Below, piece by piece: positions 1 to 13,276 of a stretch of DNA of 64,000 nt (position 1 is the stretch's first letter; each line of letters begins with the position of its first letter). The position numbers were made by a program, and so were the translations under genes. Below the pieces are notes generated by a model. The model was not told where the DNA came from. It ran no database searches and worked only from the letters and a program-made list of their open reading frames with translations. Source of the stretch: Phoronis australis (lineage: Eukaryota > Animalia > Phoronida). Location: assembly GCA_002633005.1 (NCBI GenBank), contig NMRA01000251.1, forward strand, positions 187,997-251,996, read 5' to 3'.

Positions 1-584
1 GCAAATACTTACAGCCGGACAAAATGTTGGCCCCCCTTGTGATATCCTAGATCCGCCACTGCTGTTCTACCATGAACACAACACAACTTAACGCGTGATG
101 AGTGTTACGAGTAAATGAGCAATTCATAGCATCTTTCGAATGTACAATAATCCAATATCATTTTGAAGTTGCTGATTTTTTTATGCTGCCTTAGCGAAGG
201 TTTTTACAGTAGCAACCGATATATATCGGGGGCCTGATTGGATTATTTTGTTACGGCCAGTCTGTTAGTATCGTAAACTTAGTAAAAATTCAGGGGAATT
301 CAACAGCAATTTCTTTAGAATGCAGTTTTATGTAAACATGTCGTATTCAAGCGTTGTCGAGTGTAGAAAAAGTGCATCAATGTTGTGGCACGAACACTAA
401 TCCATGAACCTATGAACTGCAAGTGTGCAGCAGAATAAACTTATGATGATGCTCACAAGGTTAACCTTATATCTACATGTATAGCCTAGTATCTAAATTC
501 CAGATTGCAGGGTCACCTGACGTGGTGCCTCAGCGTCGATATGGCAGATTGCAGTTCTTGAACATTACGACATCGCTCTCAATT

Positions 585-939
585 ATGGAGATCAGCTCTC
601 ACGTTCCTTTCTCGATATTCCTCGTCGTTGTTCTTCACAGCGCGTTCGGCGTTGACACGAAAGAGCTCGATGGGAAACACTACACGGAACACTTTCAGGA
701 CACCATAAAATCGACCAGTTTAAATCATGCAGGAAGTCAAAAGGCGCTTCACCAGTTTCTCTCCTCCATTCCACAACGGGAGTGGACCCGTCTTGCTCAG
801 GCCACCAGTGCTTACGGTAACCTTAGCAACTTTGTTTTGCGGGTTTTAGAGAACGCCACTGGAGTATCAGGTGACTGTCTGGAGTCAACGTTACAAGTAG
901 CGTGGGGACTGGCGCGGAAGGAGATGTGGGCGTTTAAAG
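585..939 (+). CDS. nrf-6: nrf-6-like exon 1 (signal peptide, start of NRF domain)
   Basis: MEISSHVPFSIFLVVVLHSAFG hydrophobic leader; ...VSGDCLESTLQ...WAFK; donor G|GTAAAT. Confidence 0.85.
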
Positions 940-3900
940 GTAAATGGGTGCTATGAAACAAAATGTCTTGACGCGTGCTCTCCATGTGCATAAACATCTA
1001 TATCAGAATCTGAATCTCAGGATTCGCGTGTAAAGTGACATTAAATGGGATCACTCACGTCATCTCCGGCAATCATCTTTGAGCCTACTAATGCCCTGCC
1101 CGTAGGTTGGCGATGGTTCCGCGTTACTTCAACTATTGAAAATAACATCAGTTGTAAAATAAGTCATACTGTGCGGCTGGGCATCAATCTGAACGCGTTC
1201 TATGTTTAGAGCAAAACTAACTCAGTGTGTGCAATGGAAACCAATCAAAGCCCGTCGATTGTACATTGTAGGCAGGCTAAACGTTTTCTGTTTGTGAGAA
1301 ATGTTATCACTTTGTAGCCAGTAAAAATGCTTACAAACCGTAAAACATTCGATTGACTAGAGAGACTGGCAATTCGGAAAATCGGGTACCGGTTCTTGTT
1401 TTAAAGTGTGTATTACGCATTACAAGCAGTGGACCACTATGAAGGTTCTAAGTCCAAAGAAGGTGTTGCTTGTGTTGCAAGTGACTTTTTCTACGGTACA
1501 CGTTCATCTTGCTTCGTTATTCTCCCTTCATATAGCAGAAGAAATGCATTGCGAACCTCGAGACCAACAATAGTTCATTTCGGGCGAAAAAACAACAAAG
1601 TGGACATGTTATCAGCCGACGTAATCGCCACAATGATCGCTCGTCACCAACTGGGTCAATGCAGTTTTCTGTATCCATTTTCCTCTCTTTTTATATAGTT
1701 ATTGATGCCTACGGGAAGATGCAAAGCTCTCTACTGCGTGACTTCCGCTCTTGGAGCCTTGGCTCCTACAGTGAATGCGTAGAACTCGATCAGAAGGAAA
1801 TGAACCGAACAATATTCAAAGGGCAATATTGCATCCTCGCCATACCATTCACGTTGCAGGCACATGTAAGTGAAGGGTAGGGCACAATTTTACATTGAAA
1901 TTCTCTTTCAATTTTTGTTTTTCGATTTCTCTTCGCGTTTGTTAATAACTTCATGCTGAGAATATCAGAAATAACAATAGGCCTATATTTATATACTGCT
2001 AACGTTTTATAAGCCTCGATATTTTGCCGGTGCAGCAACAGAGCGGTCGCCAAAGATGTTTGGTTTTTCACTTCAATTTTTTCTGGACAGGAGTTTTCAA
2101 AATACGCTGATCAACTTTGAAAATCTGCAATGTTCCGACGCACGCAACTGCATCCATTTACATGTAAACTGTAATACAATCTCGATTTGAGTCTCCATAC
2201 CCTTTCCGAAATTGCAAGAATTGCCTTGTAAATCCATTCACAGACAAGTTGTTGGCGACCTACCGCAATAACGCAATTAGACAAAAATACAATGTCATAT
2301 ACATTGCGAGAAAATTTCGACCGAAGTACCTCAGCATGACAAAACGCGTGTACAAGTTTGCCAGTGGCTGGGGGAGTTCTGTAGATCTCTATTGATTGGT
2401 ACTGAAAACATTGACGGTTGTGTTTACGATTTATTTTTTCTGTGATCTGTTTTAATTGATGGAAATAAAAGTCGTTGCGTGATCAACGTTGGTGTAAATA
2501 AAAAGAGTCTTCCAGCCATTAAGATTGCTGTCTCACCGAGTTGACCTAAACATACAAAATGGTTTTGAAGGGCCTAAATTCTTTTGTACTGTACCAGGTG
2601 GCCTTAGAAATATGCCGGATTTTCCTAAAATGTCTACAAATTTTGTATAGTGTGATCATTTTTAAAATTATGGGAATTTCCGCAGAAAGGTACTCCCTCA
2701 AATATTGACGCATGAGTGCTTTTTTGGGAGCGTAGCATTTACCGAATGCCTCAAGTCTGCGGACCTACTTCCGTTGCCACAATTCGAAATTTATGTGATT
2801 TGTAGGAATATCGTCAGCAAGTGTCAAAAAACAAATGTTTTGAGGATATCGGACCTGTTTGGGTTACACGTACATGTATTTACAAAATAAACTTTAAAAA
2901 TGATACACTCACACTACGCCCATTGATACCCATTCAATGGTCATGTCTCTGCACATTTTATTTCATAGCTCCTGGTTTCCGGAGGTGCACCCTGCCATTT
3001 TAAAGTTACTGGACTGTCAAACGATACCCATGCCAAATGAAGTCGTATGGATATCGCAAGCTATTGTTTAATTTGCGAGGCCCATATGACGTGCTTAAAC
3101 GCGTCGCATAGTTGTAGCCTATGAGACGCTACCATTGTTTGCCTTTTTTCGCGCCTTTAATGGATACCTTGCATTACAATACAGGTCACACAGATATATC
3201 AATCAATCGATCAATAATCGTTTATTTCAGTGATCTGAAGCAGTTGCTACCCAACCACAACTTGGCCTTATAAGTCACCATTTCCAAAGAGTACGCACAA
3301 AAATAGGTATACATGAATACAATGACAAAAAAGAAAATCTGACCAATCTTCTCAATCATTATTAATTGAGCTGAAAATACCAATTTGTTCACCAGAGAAA
3401 TGCATTGTAAATAAAACTGATTACTAATTTGATAATAGTGGTGTTGGTGATCAAATACCTTAGGCGCGCATCAGCCGGTTACCGATAAATGCTTACAAAT
3501 CCATTAGTTTTATTATAAGAAAGTGAACAATAGATGCGCCTATATACCGATATCTAAATGTATGCGACAAGCCTGAGCCCTAGTTTCCCGTGGGTAGGCC
3601 TTTTTCTGAATATGCACACCCTGTTTGGGGATTACTAATACTCTATATTTTACCGCACACTATTTTCCCGTTTCTACAGCAGTTATGTCAAATCGAATAC
3701 AAGTCTTGTCTTTTCAGCATCTTGTGTATAAAGAGGCGATGTGCACACCAAAAGCTTGCAACGCAACTGAGATTTCTAGTTTGATCAAATTTTGTAAGTA
3801 TTGTTTTTACGAGTAGTTATACTTCCTTCCTTCCATAAGGTTAGCGTCATCTTGTATGTAGAATCCCTGAGAATAGAGTTTCTATATCTAACCTAAGTCC

Positions 3901-6900
3901 ATTGTTAAACGCTTGTACCTCAAACCTGTTTATTCCCGACATGGAGCAAGTGAGGCCACACGTACAGCAAAGAAGGATGTTTCTTTATCTCGTAAGCTCT
4001 CCAACTGTAGAACATTGTTTTGCGACATCTACATGTATATCTTATCTAAGCGTTTCTTTTTGACCACCATACCGATCCGGACACTTCAACCAGGAAGCAA
4101 TGAGAGAATTTTGCGCATCACAACGGCCACTGATCACGTGAGATCACATGGCCTCTAAAAGACGAGGAGGCACTTGCACCTTCATTTGAAACAAGTAATC
4201 CTTATCAAGTTCACTCTAAAGGGAACCTTTACGAAGGCTTGGATGTTTCTTATGTCACCCGCTGCGCAAAAGATGTACTTCCACTTCTAAGTGGGTGACA
4301 CTAAGCTTCTGCAATATCAGCTTTAGTGTTTCCTGAAAGTTTCTCATAGGATGATATGTTCACTTTTTCATTAACACGTAGTTCAGAATCCAATGCCAAC
4401 TGAGACAAGTTTTTTGGCTTTCAATAGTTTTTGCGGAAGTAAACGAGTTGATCCGGCTACCCTTTAACTCGAAGTCACCGGTCTTCCATCCTGCCGTCTA
4501 CTGTCAGAATCCGGATCGTCTTTACGACGGCAAGGCCGTGGGAGCCATGTGAGTTGTTACGACATATCATTTCATAGATGTTTCCTATCTTCATACAGCC
4601 TACATGTACATGTAGAGGAAGATTGAGTCACTCTGATAAGTGAACATTCCTCTTGTCACAACACGTGAGTGCATAAATGTAGCATTTGAGGTTTTCTCTC
4701 AAAATAGGCCTACTTATATAGATGTAAGACAAAGAGTTTAGAAACCCATCTTGAATTGGTCAGAATGATCTGTTTGAGGCCGAAATCGTTCACTCACATA
4801 GTATGTAATGGGTCAAGAAACGGACCTCTCACAAAACAGATGAGGATTTTTGTTACACATTCGTGAGCTTAGCCCATAATTTTACATTAAGCAAGCGATT
4901 CATTAATTACATGGGTTAGTCCCTTGCACAAGACACAGTATCGTATCCTGAACGTGCAACATCAATATGTAACTTATTCCGTTCTGCCTCAGCGTGGTAT
5001 TAGCTATATTCCTCTTTGCTATCACCATGGCCACGTTGTACGATCTCTTCAATAACACTCGAAAGTCTGATTGTAATGACGGCGACGTGGAGCTGATTTT
5101 GAAAGAAAAGACTTCCTCGGGTAAGTAACTCAACTTCCCTACCGCGTTGAAACCATCAATCCAGTAATCTCCACTATACGGGTGTCGGTCTGTATATGGG
5201 AGCCTATTTGAAAATGATAAATCTGTGATTTTTTTCGCTGTCACGGTAGCTTCGTTTGTACATGAACACCCCATGCAAACTATGCACTGCACGCGTAGTT
5301 TGAGACCTCGGTCCAGCTCTATAGTTTTCTTTGAGTTTTAAGGTTTTAACTATCAGCCGTCATTGGTGTAGCCCCTAATTGCATCTAGAAAATCTCATGC
5401 AACAGGTACTGAATGCTTCCCAGGTTTGTCGTTTATTGGAAGACATGAACTCTAGTTCGTCTAAGCACGTGACTTATTCTGGAGCTAGTTACAAATACTG
5501 TATAGCAGGTAAGCAGACAACAGACGTTAAGTGTAGAATATCAATAATTAGGACGACCCATCTGAATGGAACACTATTTTCGACAATGTTAATTGAAAAA
5601 AAAATGTTTCAATCTTAAACACCTATAATCGTTTCAGGTTGCTGCGACAAGATTATGTTGTCATTCTCCGCTTACAACAATCTACGTAAGATCATGGGAA
5701 CGAGCCAACCAGTTAGCGCGTTAACTTGCCTGAACGGCATACGCTTTCTGAGTATGTCATGGGTTATTCTTGGACACACGCTCGCTTTGTCAACTCTTCC
5801 CATCCTTGCTATAGGTAATTCTGTATTCAAGTTGAACCAGAAATACTAACTAACCTATTGAGACATGTTTTCGGCGTCCGACTGACTTGATGATTTGTCA
5901 CTCGGGCGTTCTGCGGCACCATTTATAATCCAGCTTTCCATGTCAAAAACGTTTCGATTTGGACTACTTTTAATTGTTGGCATCAAATTAGGTGTGAGAT
6001 CAAAGTTTTGAAAGATCGGGCAGGTCGTTCTTGCCTGATAACTGGGTCCACAAATTGGGTTATGGTGGCGTTTTATGCGCCGACCATGGTCTCTAGAAAG
6101 GAGGAACCGTGGTTCTTTGCAAACCCACGCACCCCTTCTTAATATCTGAGTAAGGAAGAAGCTGTTGTCAATTCTGAAGCGGCAATATGTTCCTTTGTGT
6201 GTCATCGCGAGTTTATAGGCGCTTTAAACATGAATCGTTGAAGCTTCTTTTGGAAGTGACACACTAAAAAACTTTAAATGAATGTCACCAGTCTCCATTC
6301 TTGTGTAAAACCTTGGAAAGTACTGGAATCAAACAAAATCGATGTCAAACATCTTCTGCTTCGCAATTTGTCACTTACATGTACACTAGCACCTGGCAGC
6401 CAATCTCCATTCTTCCTCAAGCTTACACTTCCTTGTAACGCAGGTCTTTTCTCCTGGGTGTGACATTTTCCTCGAGACTACAAAATTGCACAAGAGTACT
6501 TGACGTTCTATCTCAAGCGCGCAACGAACGCCGTGTCAAACGTAAAAATTTTAGCATGATGTACAAATGCAGTTTAGAGGAATAATCATCATTAACAATG
6601 AGAATTGGACATGATTGAGAGCAATACTGTATGTGTGCTGTATCATGTTTTGTTACAAAATTGCTGTTGCAGCCTGATCAGAGTGCTCAATTTACAAAGA
6701 ACTGAGTTTGTAAGCACCCAAATTGTAGTGTATGAGAACATAATTATAGCTAATGAGAAAAGGGCGGTATTGACGAGAACGCCCATAAATGTACTTGTAT
6801 GGACCATGAGTACAAATCTCACGGGTCTAGCATGCGCAGCAGTAAACGTTCAGACGCTGAGTTAGGTAATAAGATGGTCTGAATGGTCAGTTTTGATGAC

Positions 6901-8813
6901 CCAGTGTAAAAACTTCAGAAGAAAGGGTCTTCACACTGGTAGAAACGGGCACGTCTTCAAATGTAACCATGAATGTCCATGAGCATCAGTTTAAATCTGA
7001 CTCGTAGTTACCAATGAACTACATGCTAAAGTATTTCAACAAGCACAGTACTAATTGTCATAAAAGATCGATTTTCCCAACGGTACCATTAGTTACGTGT
7101 AGCTGGGTATTCTCCCCTTCCCCTGTCATCACACCCAACGTTTGTTTCCTGTTGCAAGTTGACACTTCCAGGTAATTTGGGCGATGTACCACTAATTCTT
7201 CAGAGATGGGCGACGACTGGAATCGCTAATGCGACAGTAAGCGTGGACACGTTCTTCGTTCTCAGGTATGTGCGTGCGTACGTTGTCGCAATTAGAGGAA
7301 ACAATAGTATTAGAAGGTATAAATGTAAGCTTTGCCACAAATGTGAGTCTGCAAATCATTACAGTGTATACCCCGGTACTTTACCTGGAATAAGGCTAAG
7401 CGCGAGCGCGTGCATGTTTGTGTCAAAGCAATGTCTTAAAATCAAGCTTTTAATGACTACGCCTTTATAAAGTAGTCCACGATCGACCAATACAGTATAT
7501 AAACTGTACCTGAACTGTCTACATGTATTTCAACTGCCAGACATGGTGTGCTAAGTTCAACAATGGAGTTACAAAGTTACAGTATTGAGAGTGGTATATG
7601 TTCCCACTATACATCCGCTGTTTCATGTTTTTGTGGCGATTGCTGGTTCATATAGCAACTGTAGTTATGGTGCCTTAGCTATTTCCAAATCTTAACTGGT
7701 CTTCCTTATCTATGCAATTGTTTTGAGCAGGACACCTGCAAATTACATAAACCTTCCCTGGAAAGTGAGTCTAATTGATCATGTATGCAGTCTGTGATTG
7801 ATGAGGCAGCTTTCAATTCCAGTGGTCTTCTCGTATCCTACCTCTGTCTTAAAGAACTTGACAAAATGAAGAAGGCGTCGTTGATGAGTCACGTTAAATT
7901 CTGGCTGATGTATTACGTTCATCGATATTTAAGGTAACAGGGAACGAGTGATGTTTCTTTTTTGTAGTTGCTCACACGTTCGTGGATCAGTCGCAGTAGC
8001 TCATACACGTATGTTGCATTATCATAAATTTTATGGAAGGCATGTAATAAAAACAAAATATTCCGTTTTCAAAATTTCAGTTAAAAACTCTTTCATCAAT
8101 TTTATTCGTAGATAAATCTTTGGGCGGGTACTAATCGAATTTAAGGGTGCAAGTTCAGAGAAAGCAACTGATCGACTTGCGATGCTGTACTGAACGATTA
8201 GACGCTGACGTAATTCTACATTAGCCCAACATTTCTAAGTTTCCATTCCGAGCTGCATCAAGCTTCGCATAGTACTTCTATGAATCATTTATTTACAAAA
8301 CCCGGGTCCAAACCTTTTGTATTATGATGTTCATGATGTCAAACATGAATTGCCGAGTAGTGGGTACTATAAATATGTGCAAACAATTGTTTGACATATT
8401 GGGATAAGAATTGCTGACGTCTATGATCTAATATTGCTAAAACGGTCTACACATATCATGTGCGAACGAATTAGAAGCAATCCAGGTGGGTCTGACCATC
8501 CCCAATACCACATTGTATGATTCGCTTATTTGAACAATTGGTTATATATTGTTGTTTCTTTACAGGCTGACTCCAGCTTACATGTTGGTACTCATGGTCT
8601 ACTATTGTCTGCTCCCGTACATGGGCTACGGGCCGCTGTGGAAAGAAGACTTCGACCCAGCCTGTAAAAGCAACTGGTGGACAAATCTTCTGTATATCAA
8701 TAACGTAGTTTCTTCCGACAGACAGGTTTGTAAACTGGAACGGAGTCAGGTCGACGTTGTTTAGGGCCCACGTATTTCGTGAGACACCACGTGCTGAAAG
8801 AGGGAGAGGGAGN

Positions 8814-8853
<40 letters not shown>

Positions 8854-11800
8854 TCAATAATGTTTACAAGAAGGGTAAAGCTACATATGTGCAAGAATCC
8901 ATAATAAGTACTTGGCGTAGGAATATTATTTCAAATAACATTAGGTGAGCTAATTAACTCAAAAGGTGACAGGAGTCTAGTTGTAGGTATATTTTTGGTA
9001 GTATGTGATGCAGGTGATCCGCCCACATTATACTTCTCTTCTTAAAATGTCCCAATCGTGTCTCAAATTTCTACGAAGTGCATGCATCATTTACGTTGTA
9101 TGCAGAACGGTAAATGGTTGGACATGTACAAGCAGCCAGGCTACATTAAACGTTCTGCACGACGTGTTTGGCGAGATTTTACAAATTCTCACCAGTCTAA
9201 CACATGGACTTTCAATGGGCCATCTTGCTCGTAACCTTGCTACCAAAAGACCGCCACTGAAAGCGTTAAGATCGCTAAATCAGATTGACGGAGTTACGGA
9301 AGACAAGGTTACATAAACAACCAATGTGACTTGACACACCCCAAAATGTGGGGCATTTTTCGACAATTAAAATCATGATGCTGGAAGAAGTTTGTACAGC
9401 GTTTGTTGTTCTGTTTCAGTGCATGGCATGGTCATGGTACCTCGCAAACGACATGCAGTTCTATGTCATTGCTCCTCTAATGGTCTTGCCTTTGTTCAAG
9501 TAAGTTCAAGAAATTGGAAAATTCGCCTAACAAAAATGTTAGATCTGCCGCCAATCTGTGAAACTTAAAATGATACCAAATCCGGTTTTCGCTTGCTAAC
9601 AGATATGGAACATTACTTCCCATACAATTCTTAAAAAGAAAATATTGCTTTGTGACCTCGACAACTCTCGCTATTTTGGAGGAAAACCTGAAAGCTTCGT
9701 ACAAAGTTCCACCGCCCTGTGTGCATAGCATACATTCATGATATTTGTTTTTTGCGTTCTAGGCCACATAAACAGACCTGTATTATGATTATAAGTAGAA
9801 TGTATTTGGAGCTAGTTGGACCGACGTTACGTTACATTGCACTTCTACAGGTCTGGTCTGCTTGGAACAATGATAGTGGCTGTAGTTGCTATTTCTTCGC
9901 TAGTATCAAGAGGTGTCATATCTGAGCTAAACGGGTTTGGTCCAGGCGGATTCTACGCGCCTTCCGATCACAGGTATTGTGTCTGTTGCTAATAACACCA
10001 GCACATCGACATTGATGAACATCTCATTTGACTCATAAACATCCCGTCATCCTTGTCTAAATAAAAAAGTAATTGCAGGCGGTCTTATACACGTTGTACC
10101 AGACGTGCGCAGGTCGCACATGTTGGCCCATTGCACTGATCATCTGATCCTCGTGTAAAGCAGAAGTGTGCTTTACATACATGTAAGAAAGAGGGTTGCT
10201 ACACCCGTAAGCTCAATATGATTCTATCGAAGCTCTCAGTCTATCTTGATCCTCCTACCCCTACTCAGATATCACACTGGAGGGCATGTCGCGAAAAGGG
10301 TTTATTTTTGAGATACTCACATAAATCACGGCAATCCTCAAAAATGAGCGATTTCAAATCGTAACGTTGAACATGGTTGAAAGGGTAGTGATTTCATGGC
10401 TTTACCTCCAATGTGAAAAAAACATGAGGGATATCTCATTTCGATATTTGCATATCACAGAACTTGAATGACTTCTCTTTGAAAGGAGAACAGGGTAACA
10501 TTTTCCTTGAAAATTTATTTTTGTCTAAAAGTGTACAAAAGCAAGTCCGAATCCCTGTTCGGTGTATGATTTAAAAAACATGGAATCACCATGCCTGACA
10601 ACTATTTTCTCGGAGCGGTGGCTGAGCGCAAGTGCATTTTGGTGTAACTCGTTCATCTGTTCTGCATTCCTGTTGCCAAACGATATTCGTTACATACATG
10701 AAATATTTTAGTCTTTGTTTTGCATGTAAATGCCTGTTTTAGCAACAGCTATCCGGACTATTGGGACCTTTTATACGTCCACCCCTGGACTCGCATAGCC
10801 TCGTACACCGTCGGAATATATGTTGGATATCTGCTGTACAAAAACGAATGTAAACTTCCCATAAGGAACCCGTATCAACGAACGGTAGGTACTTGTACGG
10901 TGTATGAAATAGTCCTGTGCAAGACAAATATCTATCGGTTTCATTGGAGTGAGTGTGTCTATGCGTGCATATAACCGGTGAATTATGTTTCGCTCACGAG
11001 GAACAATTGACTCATGCCTATTTAATTATCGCAGTTAGAATAATTTTCTTCACATACGGGTGCACATGGTGCATTAGATAAAGTTATGCTCCTTGGTCAC
11101 GGTAGTTTACCCTGACTAATACGGTTTGCCTACTAATATATTGTCAAAAAGAGCTTGCTTTTTAACGTGTTTAGTGATTTTAACATGCATTGCCTGTGAA
11201 TCTGGCTTAAGTTTTAACATTCACCACTGAAATGTTCTTCTTGAATATACATGTACTCTCTGATTGTTTTCTGTTGGGCTGGGATTAAATTCGACGTTAT
11301 TTGTTAGAATCATACTCTGTTGTGTACAGGGAAGAGTAATTGCATAAATAGAACCACGTGATATATTTGTAGATTTTTGTCATGTTTGGTTGGGCTGTTG
11401 CGGCATTCTTCTGTCTCGCAACTCTCTACGGTATTTATGGCCCGATGAGTGGCGCTTTGCAAGGTACCGGTTCCTGGGATACCAGCGTTTCAGCCCTCTA
11501 CAACGCCACCTATCGCTTCACTTGGTCACTCGGTGTTGGCTGGGTTATATTTGCTTGTTGCACCGGAAACGGGGGTAATTATGCTTTCAGTACACGGATA
11601 CCGGGTATTCTCTTTTGACGATGTGCTTATTTCAACTCAGCAGTCTTGTTGATTAATATACTATTAGGCTTACCCTCGGTCATTGACTAATCGAAAGGAC
11701 AGCTTTGTGTAGTGACTTGAGTGTGATTTTATCGAGTAGGCTACTTATCATTTTAATGTGGATTAAGAAGTACAATATTTTTATGCACTTAGAAATTGAG

Positions 11801-13276
11801 CCCTTTGTTTTATTTCCCCTAGTTAAATATGATAAAAGGGGCACTTGTAAAAAGTGCACCTATTCTGTATCTTTTAGGAGATATTCTTAGTCGAACGTTC
11901 GACTAAAGTTTGTGGCTGAAAGGCAATAACAATGTTCAGTAATTTTCCGTACATTTTAAGATCGTCCCCAGGGTTCTGAAGCAATAACAGTTTAAAAGGT
12001 GTGTCCCTCACTCGCCAAGTCTAAACATTGAAAGCGGGATTGTCTCTTTGTTAGACTACACGCACTGAAGCGTTTTTCCAGCAATTAAACTACAATGTAG
12101 CAGCACATCCTACCAGTATCATTTACGTGTCTGATACTTTGACAATCAGCTATGTGCCATATTACTGTTAGTCATTCAAACTGTTCGACAGGCTACGTTA
12201 ACGACTTGCTGTCCTGGAAAGGTATGCTGCCACTCAGTCGACTGACATATTGTGCGTATCTAGTGCACCCTGCCGTCATGGCGTGGTACTACTACTCACA
12301 ACAGACAGTTATCATGCTAACGGATCAGAATATTGTAAGTATTCATTGTGTCGTCACACATCATCGCGTTCGTCGTGATATTAACCAACCTACGTGCTAC
12401 AAGTATGTAGCAATGTTAAACTCACAATCATCTGGCGTGTTCGTGTACCGTCCATTCGAATTATAAACTTGTCTATCTTTGCGCGAATAGACTACTTTTA
12501 ACGCCTTGCTTCTGTGTAGGCTTGATGGAGGTTCTTCTCTTTTACATCGCCGTTCAGCAGGTAGGCCACGAAATTACAGTGGCGACAGTTTTAAGGTTTG
12601 GAAAAGAGATCGCCGGGTTGCGTACTTCCGCCGGCGGCTTTTGAAATCGGTGTCTACAAAACTTCAGTGTTTTTGTATAATACGTTCGTTATGGACTTCG
12701 TATACGACAACCGAGACTGTAGTACAGACGTCGTGCACCAAATTCCCTGCGTTAGTAGATCTCGTCAAACCCGCAGTTAGTCTCGTTTTTTATGAAATGC
12801 CTCTTTAAAAGCATTTCAGATCATAACCAGGTTCTTACTCATTTCCTTACATCCAACAAGGCTTCTAAAGAGCTAGGCGGACAACGACGTACTTTCCTCG
12901 TAACGCTCGTTTCTTGGAAGAATAATCAAAATTTTGTGTTGAATTGCCAGGTCTATCAAGTAAAAGCCCTTATCTCAATGTGCTACCAAATACCTAAGAT
13001 CCCCATGATGACCACATGCAAATAAAAGTCTCGCTTTCCAATATATTTACCGAAGCCAGGTTCGTAGGCTGTTCACACTGTGTTACTTACTTGTTAGTAT
13101 GTTTATTTCCACGCCTTTCCTTGAGGGTGACATCATTTGCATTCTATTTTTCGTTTCAGATTTACTTTTTCTTCGGCCACTTGGTGGCGTCCTACCTTGT
13201 AGGACTTGCCGCGGCACTTATGTTTGAATCCCCCATGCTGGGACTGGAGAAGGCGGTGTTTGGCAACCTCAGATAG
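585..13276 (+). CDS. nrf-6: NRF-6 / OACYL-like protein (signal peptide + NRF domain + acyltransferase_3 multipass domain); 15 coding exons, 731 aa
   Basis: Exons 585-939, 1699-1865, 3718-3793, 4428-4548, 4993-5120, 5638-5814, 7172-7265, 7823-7933, 8566-8725, 9420-9499, 9851-9973, 10743-10884, 11373-11574, 12192-12334, 13160-13276 join in frame with GT-AG introns. Family motifs: IDAYGK, LGSYSEC, CTPKAC, CLNGIRFLSMSWVILGHT, SVDTFFVLSGLL, HRYLRLTP, CKSNWWTNLLYINN, CMAWSWYLANDMQFY, PLSRLTYCAYLVHP, FESP. Confidence 0.93.
1699..1865 (+). CDS. nrf-6: nrf-6-like exon 2
   Basis: VIDAYGK...WSLGSYSEC...FKGQYC; tatag acceptor, |GTAAG donor. Confidence 0.92.
3718..3793 (+). CDS. nrf-6: nrf-6-like exon 3
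   Basis: HLVYKEAMCTPKACNATEISSLIKF (NRF CxPxxC motif); ttttcag / GTAAG; phases fit. Confidence 0.85.
4428..4548 (+). CDS. nrf-6: nrf-6-like exon 4
   Basis: FAEVNELIRLP...VYCQNPDRLYDGKAVGA; caatag / GTGAGT; phase 1-2. Confidence 0.85.
4993..5120 (+). CDS. nrf-6: nrf-6-like exon 5 (first TM helix)
   Basis: VVLAIFLFAITMATLYD; ctcag / GTAAG. Confidence 0.9.
5638..5814 (+). CDS. nrf-6: nrf-6-like exon 6
   Basis: LSFSAYNNLRKIM...CLNGIRFLSMSWVILGHT. Confidence 0.95.
7172..7265 (+). CDS. nrf-6: nrf-6-like exon 7
   Basis: IANATVSVDTFFVL; ttccag / GTATG. Confidence 0.93.
7823..7933 (+). CDS. nrf-6: nrf-6-like exon 8
   Basis: GLLVSYLCLKE...FWLMYYVHRYL. Confidence 0.93.
8566..8725 (+). CDS. nrf-6: nrf-6-like exon 9
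   Basis: LTPAYML...GYGPLW...CKSNWWTNLLYINN. Confidence 0.95.
8799..8853. repeat. (GA)n microsatellite containing an N gap at 8813
   Basis: agggagagggagNgagagag... seen directly. Confidence 0.95.
9420..9499 (+). CDS. nrf-6: nrf-6-like exon 10
   Basis: CMAWSWYLANDMQFYVIAPL. Confidence 0.95.
9851..9973 (+). CDS. nrf-6: nrf-6-like exon 11
   Basis: SGLLGTMIVAVVAISSLVSRG TM segment; ctacag / GTATTG; phase 2-2. Confidence 0.88.
10743..10884 (+). CDS. nrf-6: nrf-6-like exon 12
   Basis: LYVHPWTRIASYTVGIYVGYLL. Confidence 0.93.
11373..11574 (+). CDS. nrf-6: nrf-6-like exon 13
   Basis: ALYNATYRFTWSLGVGWVIFACCTGNG. Confidence 0.95.
12192..12334 (+). CDS. nrf-6: nrf-6-like exon 14
   Basis: YVNDLLSWKGMLPLSRLTYCAYLVHP. 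Confidence 0.95.
13160..13276 (+). CDS. nrf-6: nrf-6-like exon 15 (terminal)
   Basis: IYFFFGHLVASY...LMFESPMLGLEKAVFGNLR*. Confidence 0.95.
   Translation: MYFFFGHLVASYLVGLAAALMFESPMLGLEKAVFGNLR

Noticed and set aside
477-584. Upstream in-frame ATG at 477 as nrf-6 start
   Set aside because: ATG 585 directly precedes a signal-peptide-like stretch; the 36-aa extension would bury it
2969-3040. Possible nrf-6 exon after tttcatag
   Set aside because: No NRF motif and it runs into a stop; exon 3718-3793 supplies the CxPxxC motif with correct phases
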